In this document: piece by piece, positions 1-8,182 of the stretch | Numbering within the stretch: the first letter of the stretch is position 1 | Layout: the number at the start of each line of letters is the position of its first letter | Virus record (IMG/VR): IMGVR_UViG_3300008451_000399 | Coordinates: 1 to 64,000 of that record | Source: a virus | DNA length: 64,000 nt | Direction: 5' to 3' (one strand) | Notes under the pieces: generated by a model | What the model saw: the letters and a program-made list of their open reading frames with translations, nothing else | Told to the model about the DNA's origin: nothing | Database searches by the model: none | Made by a program: the position numbers and the translations under genes

Positions 1-115
1 TAGAATAGCTGCTAATAAGGGTGTTGTAATAACTAATACAATGAGAATGACAACCAACACCAATCCCCAATTAAGAAGCCCTAGACATAATAAACCTAAT
101 AATAACCAAAACATG

Positions 116-370
116 TTATCCCTCCATCTTCTCAAGAATACTTCTGAATTTAACTTGTTCATCATTATACAAACAGTACACCGCACATCTGTATTTTGAA
201 AGCTCATTATTCAATTCACTGTTCTCAGTGATAAGGGTTGTGTTACTAACACAAAGTTGTATAACATTCCTACTTAGTTGTGAGTTTTCAGCCATTGTAG
301 TGTATGTAAAAACACCCATTGATAGAACAAACAATATAAGTACAGATATAATTATAATTTCAAGTGTCAT
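116..370 (-). CDS. hypothetical membrane-anchored protein
   Basis: 84-aa ORF with N-terminal hydrophobic helix, packed in a - strand run. Confidence 0.6.
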   Translation of the reverse strand: MTLEIIIISVLILFVLSMGVFTYTTMAENSQLSRNVIQLCVSNTTLITENSELNNELSKYRCAVYCLYNDEQVKFRSILEKMEG

Positions 371-623
371 GTTTCTCTCCTTTTAGTAAGTCAGCAATAC
401 AAACATTAACACAGCTCAATTGTTCTTCAAGCTCTGTAATGTATTGTGCCACAGCTTGATTCACTTCATTCTGATTTTCTATAATTGATAGGACATTCTC
501 AGATGTCTTACAATCAACATCCACCATCTTGACAAGCATTTCTCGATGTTCTTTTACTAGGCTGTATAGATGAATAACAAGACCTAGTAGTGTCACAATA
601 CAAATTAACATTAGGGTTTCCAT
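360..623 (-). CDS. hypothetical membrane-anchored coiled-coil protein
   Basis: 87-aa ORF with N-terminal TM segment; AGGAGA RBS. Confidence 0.6.
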   Translation of the reverse strand: METLMLICIVTLLGLVIHLYSLVKEHREMLVKMVDVDCKTSENVLSIIENQNEVNQAVAQYITELEEQLSCVNVCIADLLKGEKHDT

Positions 624-1441
624 TATTTATCTCCTTTGAAATTACTAAGTTCTAGAACTTTATCTTCTAAGTCTTTCTGCATTTTATCAATTTGAGACTG
701 AATGCTATCAGCCTGTCTTTTATAACAATCTTGAATAATGCTATCATCCACAGTAGCTCCCCATTGTAGAGCTGTTTCAATATGATAGTGGTGTAAGTAT
801 AAAGGATTATTTGCATAGATACGCTTCACTTTCTCTGTGTAGTAATTAGCAAGTTCTTCCTTTGTTTTAATAAACTCTACATTCTCCTTACTTCCAGAAC
901 CATCATAATACTGATGCATCTTATATGTCAGACTACCATCACTTCTACCAAACAGAGAAATAAGTTTAATATCCATATCGTAATACCCCTCTGGACATTT
1001 TATTTGCTCCATAAATAACTTAGGAGGATAAATACCGTAATCTCCTTGACTTACGATATACTTAATATTACCTGCCATAACATCACATAACAAGTCAAAA
1101 GCACCCTCATCTAGTTGTTTGGACAATGTATCATGAAGACGTTTTGTAGAATTGAAAGCTTTAGTGTAAGCTTTACGTTCCTTATCTAGTCTACTAATAT
1201 CATCTGATATTTGCTTTTCTTTGTTCTTCAATGCTGTAATAGAAGCTTCAAGTTTCTTCTCTTCCTTATTCTTCCAAGTTTCTACAGGATTGTCGTGTAA
1301 GCTCTTTGTGACAAATCGTTCACCACTAGGAATCTCATCTCCTGCTTTGCTGACAAACACTTCTTGCACAATCCACTCTGTATTATTGAGTTGTCCTACA
1401 ACAACTACTTTACGTCCATCTGATAAATATTTTTGTTCCAT
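623..1441 (-). CDS. conserved phage hypothetical protein (coiled-coil)
   Basis: 272-aa ORF with GGAGG RBS, coupled to neighbours. Confidence 0.75.
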   Translation of the reverse strand: MEQKYLSDGRKVVVVGQLNNTEWIVQEVFVSKAGDEIPSGERFVTKSLHDNPVETWKNKEEKKLEASITALKNKEKQISDDISRLDKERKAYTKAFNSTKRLHDTLSKQLDEGAFDLLCDVMAGNIKYIVSQGDYGIYPPKLFMEQIKCPEGYYDMDIKLISLFGRSDGSLTYKMHQYYDGSGSKENVEFIKTKEELANYYTEKVKRIYANNPLYLHHYHIETALQWGATVDDSIIQDCYKRQADSIQSQIDKMQKDLEDKVLELSNFKGDK

Positions 1442-1442
1442 A

Positions 1443-1748
1443 TTATCCTCCTTTAAATTTCTTAATAATCTTCTTGAGTTTATACATCAGTGTCTCCTTA
1501 TTACGCTCTGGAGTTATTGTTTCATATTGCCACTTTCCATCAACCTTCTTTGTAGCTACTTGTAAAATCATATTATCCGTCTTAGATGTATAGACAGCTT
1601 TGCGAGCCTTTGTATGTAGCATAAAGAGTCCACCATCTTTCTTGATATTAGTCATGAAGTTAGGTGCTGATGATATCTCATCTCCTGTGTCCTTGTCAAT
1701 GAAACGATAACGAATGTTGTAATTTGCCATTATTCCTCCTCTTTCCAC
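1443..1748 (-). CDS. hypothetical protein
   Basis: ORF; likely start is the MANYN ATG with AGGAGG RBS. Confidence 0.6.
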   Translation of the reverse strand: MERGGIMANYNIRYRFIDKDTGDEISSAPNFMTNIKKDGGLFMLHTKARKAVYTSKTDNMILQVATKKVDGKWQYETITPERNKETLMYKLKKIIKKFKGG

Positions 1749-1912
1749 ACAACATCATAATTCCCAATACTATCACTAAGCTTACGAACAGACTGGTAAT
1801 ATGTCTCTGTGCAAACTAGGAAGAATATTCCCTCACTATTCATAACAACCATATTGTTCGTAGAAGGATTGTATTTAACTCCATTCTGGTGTATTTCAAA
1901 TTTCTTTTTCAT
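1730..1912 (-). CDS. hypothetical protein
   Basis: 60-aa ORF with AGGAGA RBS. Confidence 0.55.
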   Translation of the reverse strand: MKKKFEIHQNGVKYNPSTNNMVVMNSEGIFFLVCTETYYQSVRKLSDSIGNYDVVWKEEE

Positions 1913-1924
1913 GTTAGTTCTCCT

Positions 1925-2149
1925 TTAAATTTTATTCCAATATTTATTACCGCGTTTGTAAGCTTCCCATTTACGTTTATTCTTACCACATTTTATAGTG
2001 AAACTAAGTTTTACATAGAACTCATTTGAGCACAACACTTGTATTGATTTTACAGTATGATCTGCAGCTGCTTTAACTTCTAATAGAGATTGTATAACCT
2101 CTTCTATCTTACCTTGTACACCAATGTTTTCGTTAGCAAAATTAAACAT
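1925..2149 (-). CDS. hypothetical protein
   Basis: 74-aa ORF with AAGGAGA RBS, first gene after a promoter. Confidence 0.6.
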   Translation of the reverse strand: MFNFANENIGVQGKIEEVIQSLLEVKAAADHTVKSIQVLCSNEFYVKLSFTIKCGKNKRKWEAYKRGNKYWNKI

Positions 2150-2199
2150 TATTTCTCCTTTAAATTAATAAGAAAGCTCAATATGAGCAGACAAAACAG

Positions 2200-2228
2200 A
2201 TAGTATATGAAGTTTTATTGTGTGTCAA
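2200..2228 (-). promoter_or_regulatory. sigma70-type promoter (TTGACA-17-TACTAT)
   Basis: tgtcaa at 2223-2228 and atagta at 2200-2205 on + strand. Confidence 0.6.
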
Positions 2229-2254
2229 GCGTCATCATTTACTTTGTAAACAAT

Positions 2255-3394
2255 TTACTTCAATCCTGCACATAACAAAAGCACTTCCTCTTTCCTGTCA
2301 ATGCTAATACTCTCTCGTCTGAAGCCTTCGCAGTCTATTAAGCCTGTTTTGTGTAGGGCTTTGATAGCGCTCTCCACTGATAACACCTTAGTGCCAGAGC
2401 CTTCAAAGATTCTTGTTGAGAGGATTTTGTAGCCTAGCTCTTTTAAGTTCTTACGGTGGGTTGTAAGACGGTTGTTGAGCTTGTTTGTGATGCCATATCC
2501 TAGGATTGTACCAGAGTCTGTTTGGATTTCTAAGAGGTATAAAGAGCCTTGTTTGGTTTTGTCATAGCCTGTTAGTGGTGGGTTGCATTTTAGGCAGTGA
2601 CAGCCTGTCTTATTTAAGTCACTGGAGTTTCGAGAGTACACCCCGTGAGTATTACACAAGAAAACAGAATACCATGCCTCCTTCTTCCTATAAGCTCCAA
2701 TTACTTCAACCCCACTCAGTTTCTGTATGTTCAATTTAGTTTTGGTTATTTCAACAATATGATCTCCTGTAATACGTTTACTTACCGATGAGCAGTAACA
2801 AGGTATTTGCCCACTAAAAAGAGAAGCAGAGTTAATTTCAAACAAACTTTCAAAACCTCTGTTTTCGCATATCTTACAGTAAAAACCACACACCACGTTA
2901 AAACCTGTCTTCTTGCCACTATCCCAAACGATGTAATTAGAATTATCTTTATTATACATGGCAATTCTTTCTTCTGCTGAAAATGTTTTACCTCGATTAC
3001 CTTTACCACTAAAGAAGTCGTATATAGAATATACTTCATACTCAGTAAGTGACTTGTTACAAAACAGTTTTACTGGTGTACTGTTAAGTGACGACACCCT
3101 ATTACCAAACCCAACAAATTCAATGTCAAGATTCTCATCTATAATTTTACGTTTAATTCTAATCTCGTATTGCGGTAAAGTCCAATAGAACTTTTTAGCA
3201 CAACCACAAGGAAGACTCCCTTTTTCACAACTCCCATATGCAGTTTCAAAAACACCATCTCCAAATAATTCAGGGTCTTTTGCGCAAACACTACACTTAA
3301 CCTTAACATAACCATACTTATCACCGCCATCCACCACAACAAGCTTAGCGTCATTGAACGTCTTCCCAATATGTGACCTACAGTATTTCCCCAT
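2255..3394 (-). CDS. free-standing homing endonuclease-like protein (repeated Cys/Zn modules, C-terminal GIY-YIG/T5orf172-like domain)
   Basis: Two CxxC...PCxC modules; C-terminal LYLLEI...YGITNKLNNRL..H and E..IK...EGFRRE motifs. Confidence 0.65.
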   Translation of the reverse strand: MGKYCRSHIGKTFNDAKLVVVDGGDKYGYVKVKCSVCAKDPELFGDGVFETAYGSCEKGSLPCGCAKKFYWTLPQYEIRIKRKIIDENLDIEFVGFGNRVSSLNSTPVKLFCNKSLTEYEVYSIYDFFSGKGNRGKTFSAEERIAMYNKDNSNYIVWDSGKKTGFNVVCGFYCKICENRGFESLFEINSASLFSGQIPCYCSSVSKRITGDHIVEITKTKLNIQKLSGVEVIGAYRKKEAWYSVFLCNTHGVYSRNSSDLNKTGCHCLKCNPPLTGYDKTKQGSLYLLEIQTDSGTILGYGITNKLNNRLTTHRKNLKELGYKILSTRIFEGSGTKVLSVESAIKALHKTGLIDCEGFRRESISIDRKEEVLLLCAGLK

Positions 3395-3411
3395 TCTTTT
3401 GTTCTCCTAAC

Positions 3412-4128
3412 TCAGTCTAATAAATTCTTTAAAGAAACATTCTTAGCCCTCGGACGTTGTTGATTAACTTTATCCAGTACAACACGATATGTTGCAACTT
3501 CTTTATGGTAACGTCTGAAAGCATCTGCCATTTCTTCGTCAACAAGTTCTTCAATGAGAGTGTTATCACCATCATCTTTTAACTCAATATCTTTCAGTGA
3601 AAGTCTGTTTATTATAAACCAATCATAAACAATTTCATCAAACTGTACAGGGTAATGATCTACGTTTGAACTTTTCTTGTCTATTTTCAATCCTGTTTCT
3701 GCACATTTTACCTTACCGAGTCTGTCAGCATTCTGCCTGAAGTAGTTTATCTTATACCACATAGTGTCTTCTCTAACAATATGTCGTAAAGCTTCTTTAA
3801 CTCTTGATTCCTTACCAACTGGACTTATTGCCTTGTAATAACTAAAATCAGTTGTAGTACCATCTTCACGTTTTATGTAGAAATGTAGATTCCTAGGATT
3901 TATCTCACATTGCTGCACACCAATCTTGTATTTACCGCAACCAACTTTCTGTTCGTAGTTATCGTGATTCTTCAGTATTGCATCAACTACATCTAATTTC
4001 TTACCTGTTAAATATTTATCAAGAGGTTGTGAGTGTAATATCTTTCGTACATAACTGATTATCTCAGCTTTTGTTTTAAACTTAACACCACCATATTCAT
4101 ATTTACTCATTATTCGCCTCCATCCCAT
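3412..4128 (-). CDS. DCL/DUF3223-like domain protein with C-terminal HNH-like domain
   Basis: H.NYEQK.G.G...FYIKREDGTTTDFSYYK resembles the DCL motif; C..TG...NVDHYP...N in the C-terminal half. Confidence 0.55.
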   Translation of the reverse strand: MGWRRIMSKYEYGGVKFKTKAEIISYVRKILHSQPLDKYLTGKKLDVVDAILKNHDNYEQKVGCGKYKIGVQQCEINPRNLHFYIKREDGTTTDFSYYKAISPVGKESRVKEALRHIVREDTMWYKINYFRQNADRLGKVKCAETGLKIDKKSSNVDHYPVQFDEIVYDWFIINRLSLKDIELKDDGDNTLIEELVDEEMADAFRRYHKEVATYRVVLDKVNQQRPRAKNVSLKNLLD

Positions 4129-4871
4129 TTGTTATCACGTTCACAATCCAAGTAATAACTTGCTTCATCAAAATAATTTAACACGTCAAAATCACCCAAT
4201 ACACTTTCTGAGCCTATTACATCATTTGGTGCGCACGAACTCACGGAAGTATTTATATAGTGCATTGTGGTGTGGTTCCTATTTTGAAGCTCGTGAACTA
4301 GACGTTCAAAGTTGTCAATTGTGGATTGAGCATCTGTACCAGAACCAAACTTACTGCCTGCATATGTCAATGAAACAATAGCCCACCGTACACTGTTGGC
4401 ATAAGAATTATCTAAACCAAATAAATCAAGAAAATAAACAACCTCTTCCTCTATCCTATCACTAACCAATTTCGTTGCTTGCATTAGTGCAATAAATGAT
4501 TCATTTGCTTTCTGTGGTTGCATCCAGTATGGACGAACAACACAGTTGTCCTCTTTCCTTAGTTGTGTCTTAATCTTGTTGAACATCTTGTCCTCAAGTA
4601 GTCTGTCTTCTTTGCTAAATGTTGTTGGGTAAAAAGTTCTAATAACATTACGGATTTGTTTGTTTGTTACTCCGTCATTACTTTGCGCAAGCTTGATTGT
4701 TTGTGCAAGAATTTCTTTTTCCTTTGTGTTCTTCACTACTTTGGATAAATTACGTTTACACCAATCTTCACTACAACCAATTGTTTGTGCAATATGTTTG
4801 TATGTGTGTCCTGCTTCTCTCATTTGTTGGGCTAGTTGTTTATCAACGACCATATACACTACTCCTTTCAT
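4110..4871 (-). CDS. HTH DNA-binding protein
   Basis: N-terminal MREAGHTYKHIAQTIGCSEDWCKRNL helix-turn-helix; own promoter. Confidence 0.6.
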   Translation of the reverse strand: MKGVVYMVVDKQLAQQMREAGHTYKHIAQTIGCSEDWCKRNLSKVVKNTKEKEILAQTIKLAQSNDGVTNKQIRNVIRTFYPTTFSKEDRLLEDKMFNKIKTQLRKEDNCVVRPYWMQPQKANESFIALMQATKLVSDRIEEEVVYFLDLFGLDNSYANSVRWAIVSLTYAGSKFGSGTDAQSTIDNFERLVHELQNRNHTTMHYINTSVSSCAPNDVIGSESVLGDFDVLNYFDEASYYLDCERDNKWDGGE

Positions 4872-4897
4872 ACACTAAGTGTAATTTGTAAAAGTGT

Positions 4898-4926
4898 ATT
4901 GTAGCATCCACTTTGCTTGAAGTCAA
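4898..4926 (-). promoter_or_regulatory. sigma70-type promoter (TTGACT-17-TACAAT)
   Basis: agtcaa at 4921-4926 and attgta at 4898-4903. Confidence 0.7.
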
Positions 4927-4944
4927 CAATTATTTGTGTACATA

Positions 4945-4979
4945 GAATAAAACCCCATACCAATTAAGGTACAGGGTTT
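4945..4979 (-). terminator. rho-independent terminator
   Basis: aaacccc-atacc...ggtac-agggttt interrupted stem followed by a T-rich tract on - strand. Confidence 0.55.
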
Positions 4980-4983
4980 GTTA

Positions 4984-5199
4984 TTAATCAAAATTCCACT
5001 CAAGCCTCAACAAAAAATTATTATTACTAGCCTTCTTGTAGGATACCCATATCCCCTTATCTGTAAGCATACTAATAACATCATCCAACGTATACGGAAA
5101 ATTACATTGAATAACTTTAATAACTGTATTGTGCAGAAGGTTGTTAGCTTCCTCTTTAGCTTGTAATAGCTCTTTTACAATTGTTTGTGATTCGCTCAT
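4984..5199 (-). CDS. hypothetical protein
   Basis: 71-aa ORF with GAGGAGA RBS. Confidence 0.55.
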   Translation of the reverse strand: MSESQTIVKELLQAKEEANNLLHNTVIKVIQCNFPYTLDDVISMLTDKGIWVSYKKASNNNFLLRLEWNFD

Positions 5200-5480
5200 A
5201 AATTCTCCTCGTAATCTTTCATCTCCTTTGCAGTTACATACACAACTCGCTTAGAAAATGGAGTCATCTTAGTCAACTTTCCTTTATTAATACCTCGATT
5301 CGGTCTTTCAAACTCAGCACCAAACAGTCGCATACACCCATGTTGTCCTGTGTTATCATCCAACCATTCTGCCATATAAATACGAAAGTCGCTTGATATT
5401 GTGAATTGTGCCTTAATCTTCTCTAGTGCGATCTTACCATATGTTGTATCAGCAAATAAATCAGTTTCCATATCGCTCAT
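5196..5480 (-). CDS. hypothetical protein
   Basis: 94-aa ORF with GAGGAGA RBS and ATGA overlap. Confidence 0.6.
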   Translation of the reverse strand: MSDMETDLFADTTYGKIALEKIKAQFTISSDFRIYMAEWLDDNTGQHGCMRLFGAEFERPNRGINKGKLTKMTPFSKRVVYVTAKEMKDYEENL

Positions 5481-5489
5481 AATTTCTCC

Positions 5490-5675
5490 TCAACCTAATA
5501 TATCAATATAAGTGAACCCTTGCTTGCCATGATAAATATCGTATTCAATCCTACCATCTTCACCTAAGTAGAATTGATACTCATCATTAAATCCAATTAA
5601 AGCCTTCCCGTAGCCCTCTTGAACAAGTTTATCAACTAAAATCTTCAAGTCATTAAGGGTTGCTCCTTCACTCAT
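5490..5675 (-). CDS. hypothetical protein
   Basis: 61-aa ORF with AGGAGG RBS. Confidence 0.55.
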   Translation of the reverse strand: MSEGATLNDLKILVDKLVQEGYGKALIGFNDEYQFYLGEDGRIEYDIYHGKQGFTYIDILG

Positions 5676-5859
5676 CTTTACCTCCTTGTAATAACTCTAT
5701 ACCTGATAATGTTGTATGCTCAAACCCCACCTCACCACTGCCACCTGACTTCAACAAACTTTCCAGTTCTGGCAAATCTATGTCTAGTGTAATGAATGAC
5801 TTTGAATTGACACCTTCATTATAATTGACGTAGTGTTTTTCTAGTATGAATCTAATCAT
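5668..5859 (-). CDS. hypothetical protein
   Basis: 63-aa ORF with AGGAGG RBS. Confidence 0.55.
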   Translation of the reverse strand: MIRFILEKHYVNYNEGVNSKSFITLDIDLPELESLLKSGGSGEVGFEHTTLSGIELLQGGKDE

Positions 5860-6017
5860 TCTTTACCTCCTTGTAAAACAGCCAACACACGTTCTGTATT
5901 GTAATTAGCTTTAATAAGCTCAATATTCTCAGCAATGCTGCTAACAGCTCCCTCAGAATCATCTAACAATTGTCCCAATGTTCCATCAGGTTTCTTGTAC
6001 ATGTAATTTACGTTCAT
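5856..6017 (-). CDS. small hypothetical protein (53 aa, not in ORF track)
   Basis: MNVNYMYKKPDG...LQGGKE fills the gap with ATGA overlaps at both ends. Confidence 0.5.
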   Translation of the reverse strand: MNVNYMYKKPDGTLGQLLDDSEGAVSSIAENIELIKANYNTERVLAVLQGGKE

Positions 6018-6445
6018 AATTTCTTTCCTTTCAAAGAGTTTCGTTTATCCATAATAAGCTTACCCAGAATGTTCTTACCTTTGCCAGTTTTTAAACACAC
6101 TCCCCAAAACTTGTCATTCCACATATTGCCTTCTTGTATTAAACTATCTTCAGTTGCTAGTAGTTTGTCTTTGAAGAAAGGGTGGTTAAACTTTTGATCT
6201 ATGCATTCTCGCATAACACCAACTTTAATATCATCCCAATTATCTACTAATGTGATGTTTCTACTAGCCTTCTTCACCTGTCCTGCAGAGAATGTGTTTT
6301 CACAATAGTCTTTCCATTTCTCATCATCACTTTTAGCTGACATGTATGCATGTTCTACAGAATAGAACATTCTACCATCTAATTCAATAGCAACTTGTGT
6401 GAAGTTACTAAGCCAACGAAACTCTCCTTGGAACTCTTTAATCAT
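6014..6445 (-). CDS. NADAR (YbiA-like) family protein
   Basis: FQGEFRWLSNF...SVEHAYMSAK...KF...LLATEDSLIQEGNMWNDKFWG...G.N.LGKLIM signature. Confidence 0.9.
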   Translation of the reverse strand: MIKEFQGEFRWLSNFTQVAIELDGRMFYSVEHAYMSAKSDDEKWKDYCENTFSAGQVKKASRNITLVDNWDDIKVGVMRECIDQKFNHPFFKDKLLATEDSLIQEGNMWNDKFWGVCLKTGKGKNILGKLIMDKRNSLKGKKL

Positions 6446-6467
6446 AAAATACCTCCTTTATCCTTGA

Positions 6468-6551
6468 TTTAAACCACCTAGAATCGTTTTAAACTCGTAG
6501 GTAGTATGTTTGTATGTCCTAGCTTAGTTAAACGCCTTTTAGGGCTTTAAA
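6468..6551. repeat. long imperfect inverted repeat
   Basis: tttaaa/cctagaa/cgtttt/tagg mirrored by ccta/aaacg/ttttagg/tttaaa in intergenic DNA. Confidence 0.5.
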
Positions 6552-6598
6552 ATACACTAAACTAGTTTCCCTTGTTGTTTGTCACATCGACAGAACGA

Positions 6599-6627
6599 AT
6601 ATTAAAGGAATCGAAGATAAATGTCAA
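6599..6627 (-). promoter_or_regulatory. sigma70-type promoter (TTGACA-17-TAATAT), divergent from the promoter at 6656
   Basis: tgtcaa at 6622-6627 and atatta at 6599-6604. Confidence 0.5.
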
Positions 6628-6655
6628 CACAACCCTCTAAGATATTTGAAATCTA

Positions 6656-6684
6656 TTGACAAAACCTCAATAATATGTTATAAT
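6656..6684 (+). promoter_or_regulatory. consensus sigma70 promoter (TTGACA-17-TATAAT, extended -10)
   Basis: Perfect hexamers with a 17-bp spacer and TG. Confidence 0.85.
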
Positions 6685-6710
6685 AGACATCTTTAAAAAG
6701 GAAAAATAAA

Positions 6711-7376
6711 ATGGACTTGCAGACACAATCAGTTTGGGGCTTAAACAACCAAGAAGAAATTGTAGTAAAGTTGGGCACTGGTGGAGACTCTGTTGTTGGA
6801 GTCCTTCCTACTAATCAGATACCTGTTGATGCAGATGGTAAACTCGTGCTAAGAATACCAGAACTGGACTCAATAGGTTCTAGCCCTCTCAGTACAGGGT
6901 TCTTCGACTATAACGACAGTGCTACAGCCATAACACCTATTAGTGTGTTGGCGAATACATGGACTAAACTAACTAACAATGGTTTGGGAGCATTTACTAA
7001 CAAGACGTATAAACCCGCTGGTGTGGCTGAAGTATGGAATACTACAACGAATAGGTTCGAGTGGGGAGACTTGGTACTTGGTGACACGTTAGATATTAGG
7101 GCTGATATTGATATAATTACATCTGTTCCAAACCAAATAGTTAATTTGGCGGTATTCAATGCAGTGGGAACTGCAGGAGAGTATGAAATTGACCTAATGC
7201 CTGAGACAACCTATAAAACTGTGGGTATTAAGAAGATCATTACATATATTGGTATCTATATGGGTGATACCAATACGTTGAACAACCCTTCAGAGATACG
7301 GATTAGGAGTGACGCAGCTTGCTCAGTTAAAGTCAATGGGTGGTATGTGAGGTTGTTATTAGTGGGACAGCACTAA
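6711..7376 (+). CDS. stand-alone putative virion or surface protein (beta-sandwich, fibre-tip-like)
   Basis: 221 aa, T/G/N/V-rich beta composition, AAGGAA RBS like virion genes, own promoter and terminator. Confidence 0.6.
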   Translation: MDLQTQSVWGLNNQEEIVVKLGTGGDSVVGVLPTNQIPVDADGKLVLRIPELDSIGSSPLSTGFFDYNDSATAITPISVLANTWTKLTNNGLGAFTNKTYKPAGVAEVWNTTTNRFEWGDLVLGDTLDIRADIDIITSVPNQIVNLAVFNAVGTAGEYEIDLMPETTYKTVGIKKIITYIGIYMGDTNTLNNPSEIRIRSDAACSVKVNGWYVRLLLVGQH

Positions 7377-7415
7377 AAGAAAAGCCCCTTCCTTGCGGTT
7401 GGGGCTTTGTTGTTT
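7376..7415. terminator. bidirectional rho-independent terminator
   Basis: aaagcccc...ggggcttt stem between convergent genes, A-rich on the left and T-rich on the right. Confidence 0.75.
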
Positions 7416-7438
7416 ACACTTCAGGTGGTGATAAGTAA

Positions 7439-8182
7439 TCAATCATAAGCTGTTTCTAAGTCTTTAAAAGCCCTAGTAGCAGGGTCGTACTGCGGTGTAA
7501 GTACTTCCCCATCAACTTTCTTCTTACGTGGCTTAGATGGCTTTTTAAGCGCCTTCTGAGCGGCTTTCTCGAGCTTTTCTACTTGCTCCTTATACCAAGC
7601 ATTGCGTTGCTCAGAACGTTCCATCCAGCCTTGAGCATCCAACCAGATATTCTTTCCTAGCATCATTTCATCAAACTCTTGATCTGACAAGAATCCTGAA
7701 TAGATTTCCTTGTAATATTCGTACAAGAACTTCTTGTCAAAATCACTCTTAGCATGGTACTCATTTAAGTTACCAAAACTACCACTAGAACCGTTATGGA
7801 TCAAGCTGTTAAAGTTACGAGACAGTTCAAAACTATCTGCTTGTAATAATATGTGTGTTCCTGCTGAATGCACTCCTCCAGAGGCTACGATGTGTATTGG
7901 ACAAGCACATTTCTCCATAGCGTGAATGAATCCACCTGATACATCAACTGAACCTCCACAACTTTGCAAGCTAATAACTACTTGGTCGCCCTCTTCAGCA
8001 GCTTCAAGGGCTTCAATACCCATCGTCACTTGTTCCATACTAATCACAGGAGCATGGAAGTTAATCTTGAACACTCCGTTTTTATTAGGTGTGTACGAAA
8101 CCGTAACCCTATTGGTATCTTGATAACCGTAGTAGTCGCCATCATTGTTCTGTGGCTTACTTTTATTGAATCGCTCTTTCAT
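7439..8182 (-). CDS. clpP: ClpP-like serine protease
   Basis: ISLQSCGGSV, VHSAGTHILLQAD (catalytic Ser), LIHNG (His), IWLDA motifs. Confidence 0.8.
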   Translation of the reverse strand: MKERFNKSKPQNNDGDYYGYQDTNRVTVSYTPNKNGVFKINFHAPVISMEQVTMGIEALEAAEEGDQVVISLQSCGGSVDVSGGFIHAMEKCACPIHIVASGGVHSAGTHILLQADSFELSRNFNSLIHNGSSGSFGNLNEYHAKSDFDKKFLYEYYKEIYSGFLSDQEFDEMMLGKNIWLDAQGWMERSEQRNAWYKEQVEKLEKAAQKALKKPSKPRKKKVDGEVLTPQYDPATRAFKDLETAYD

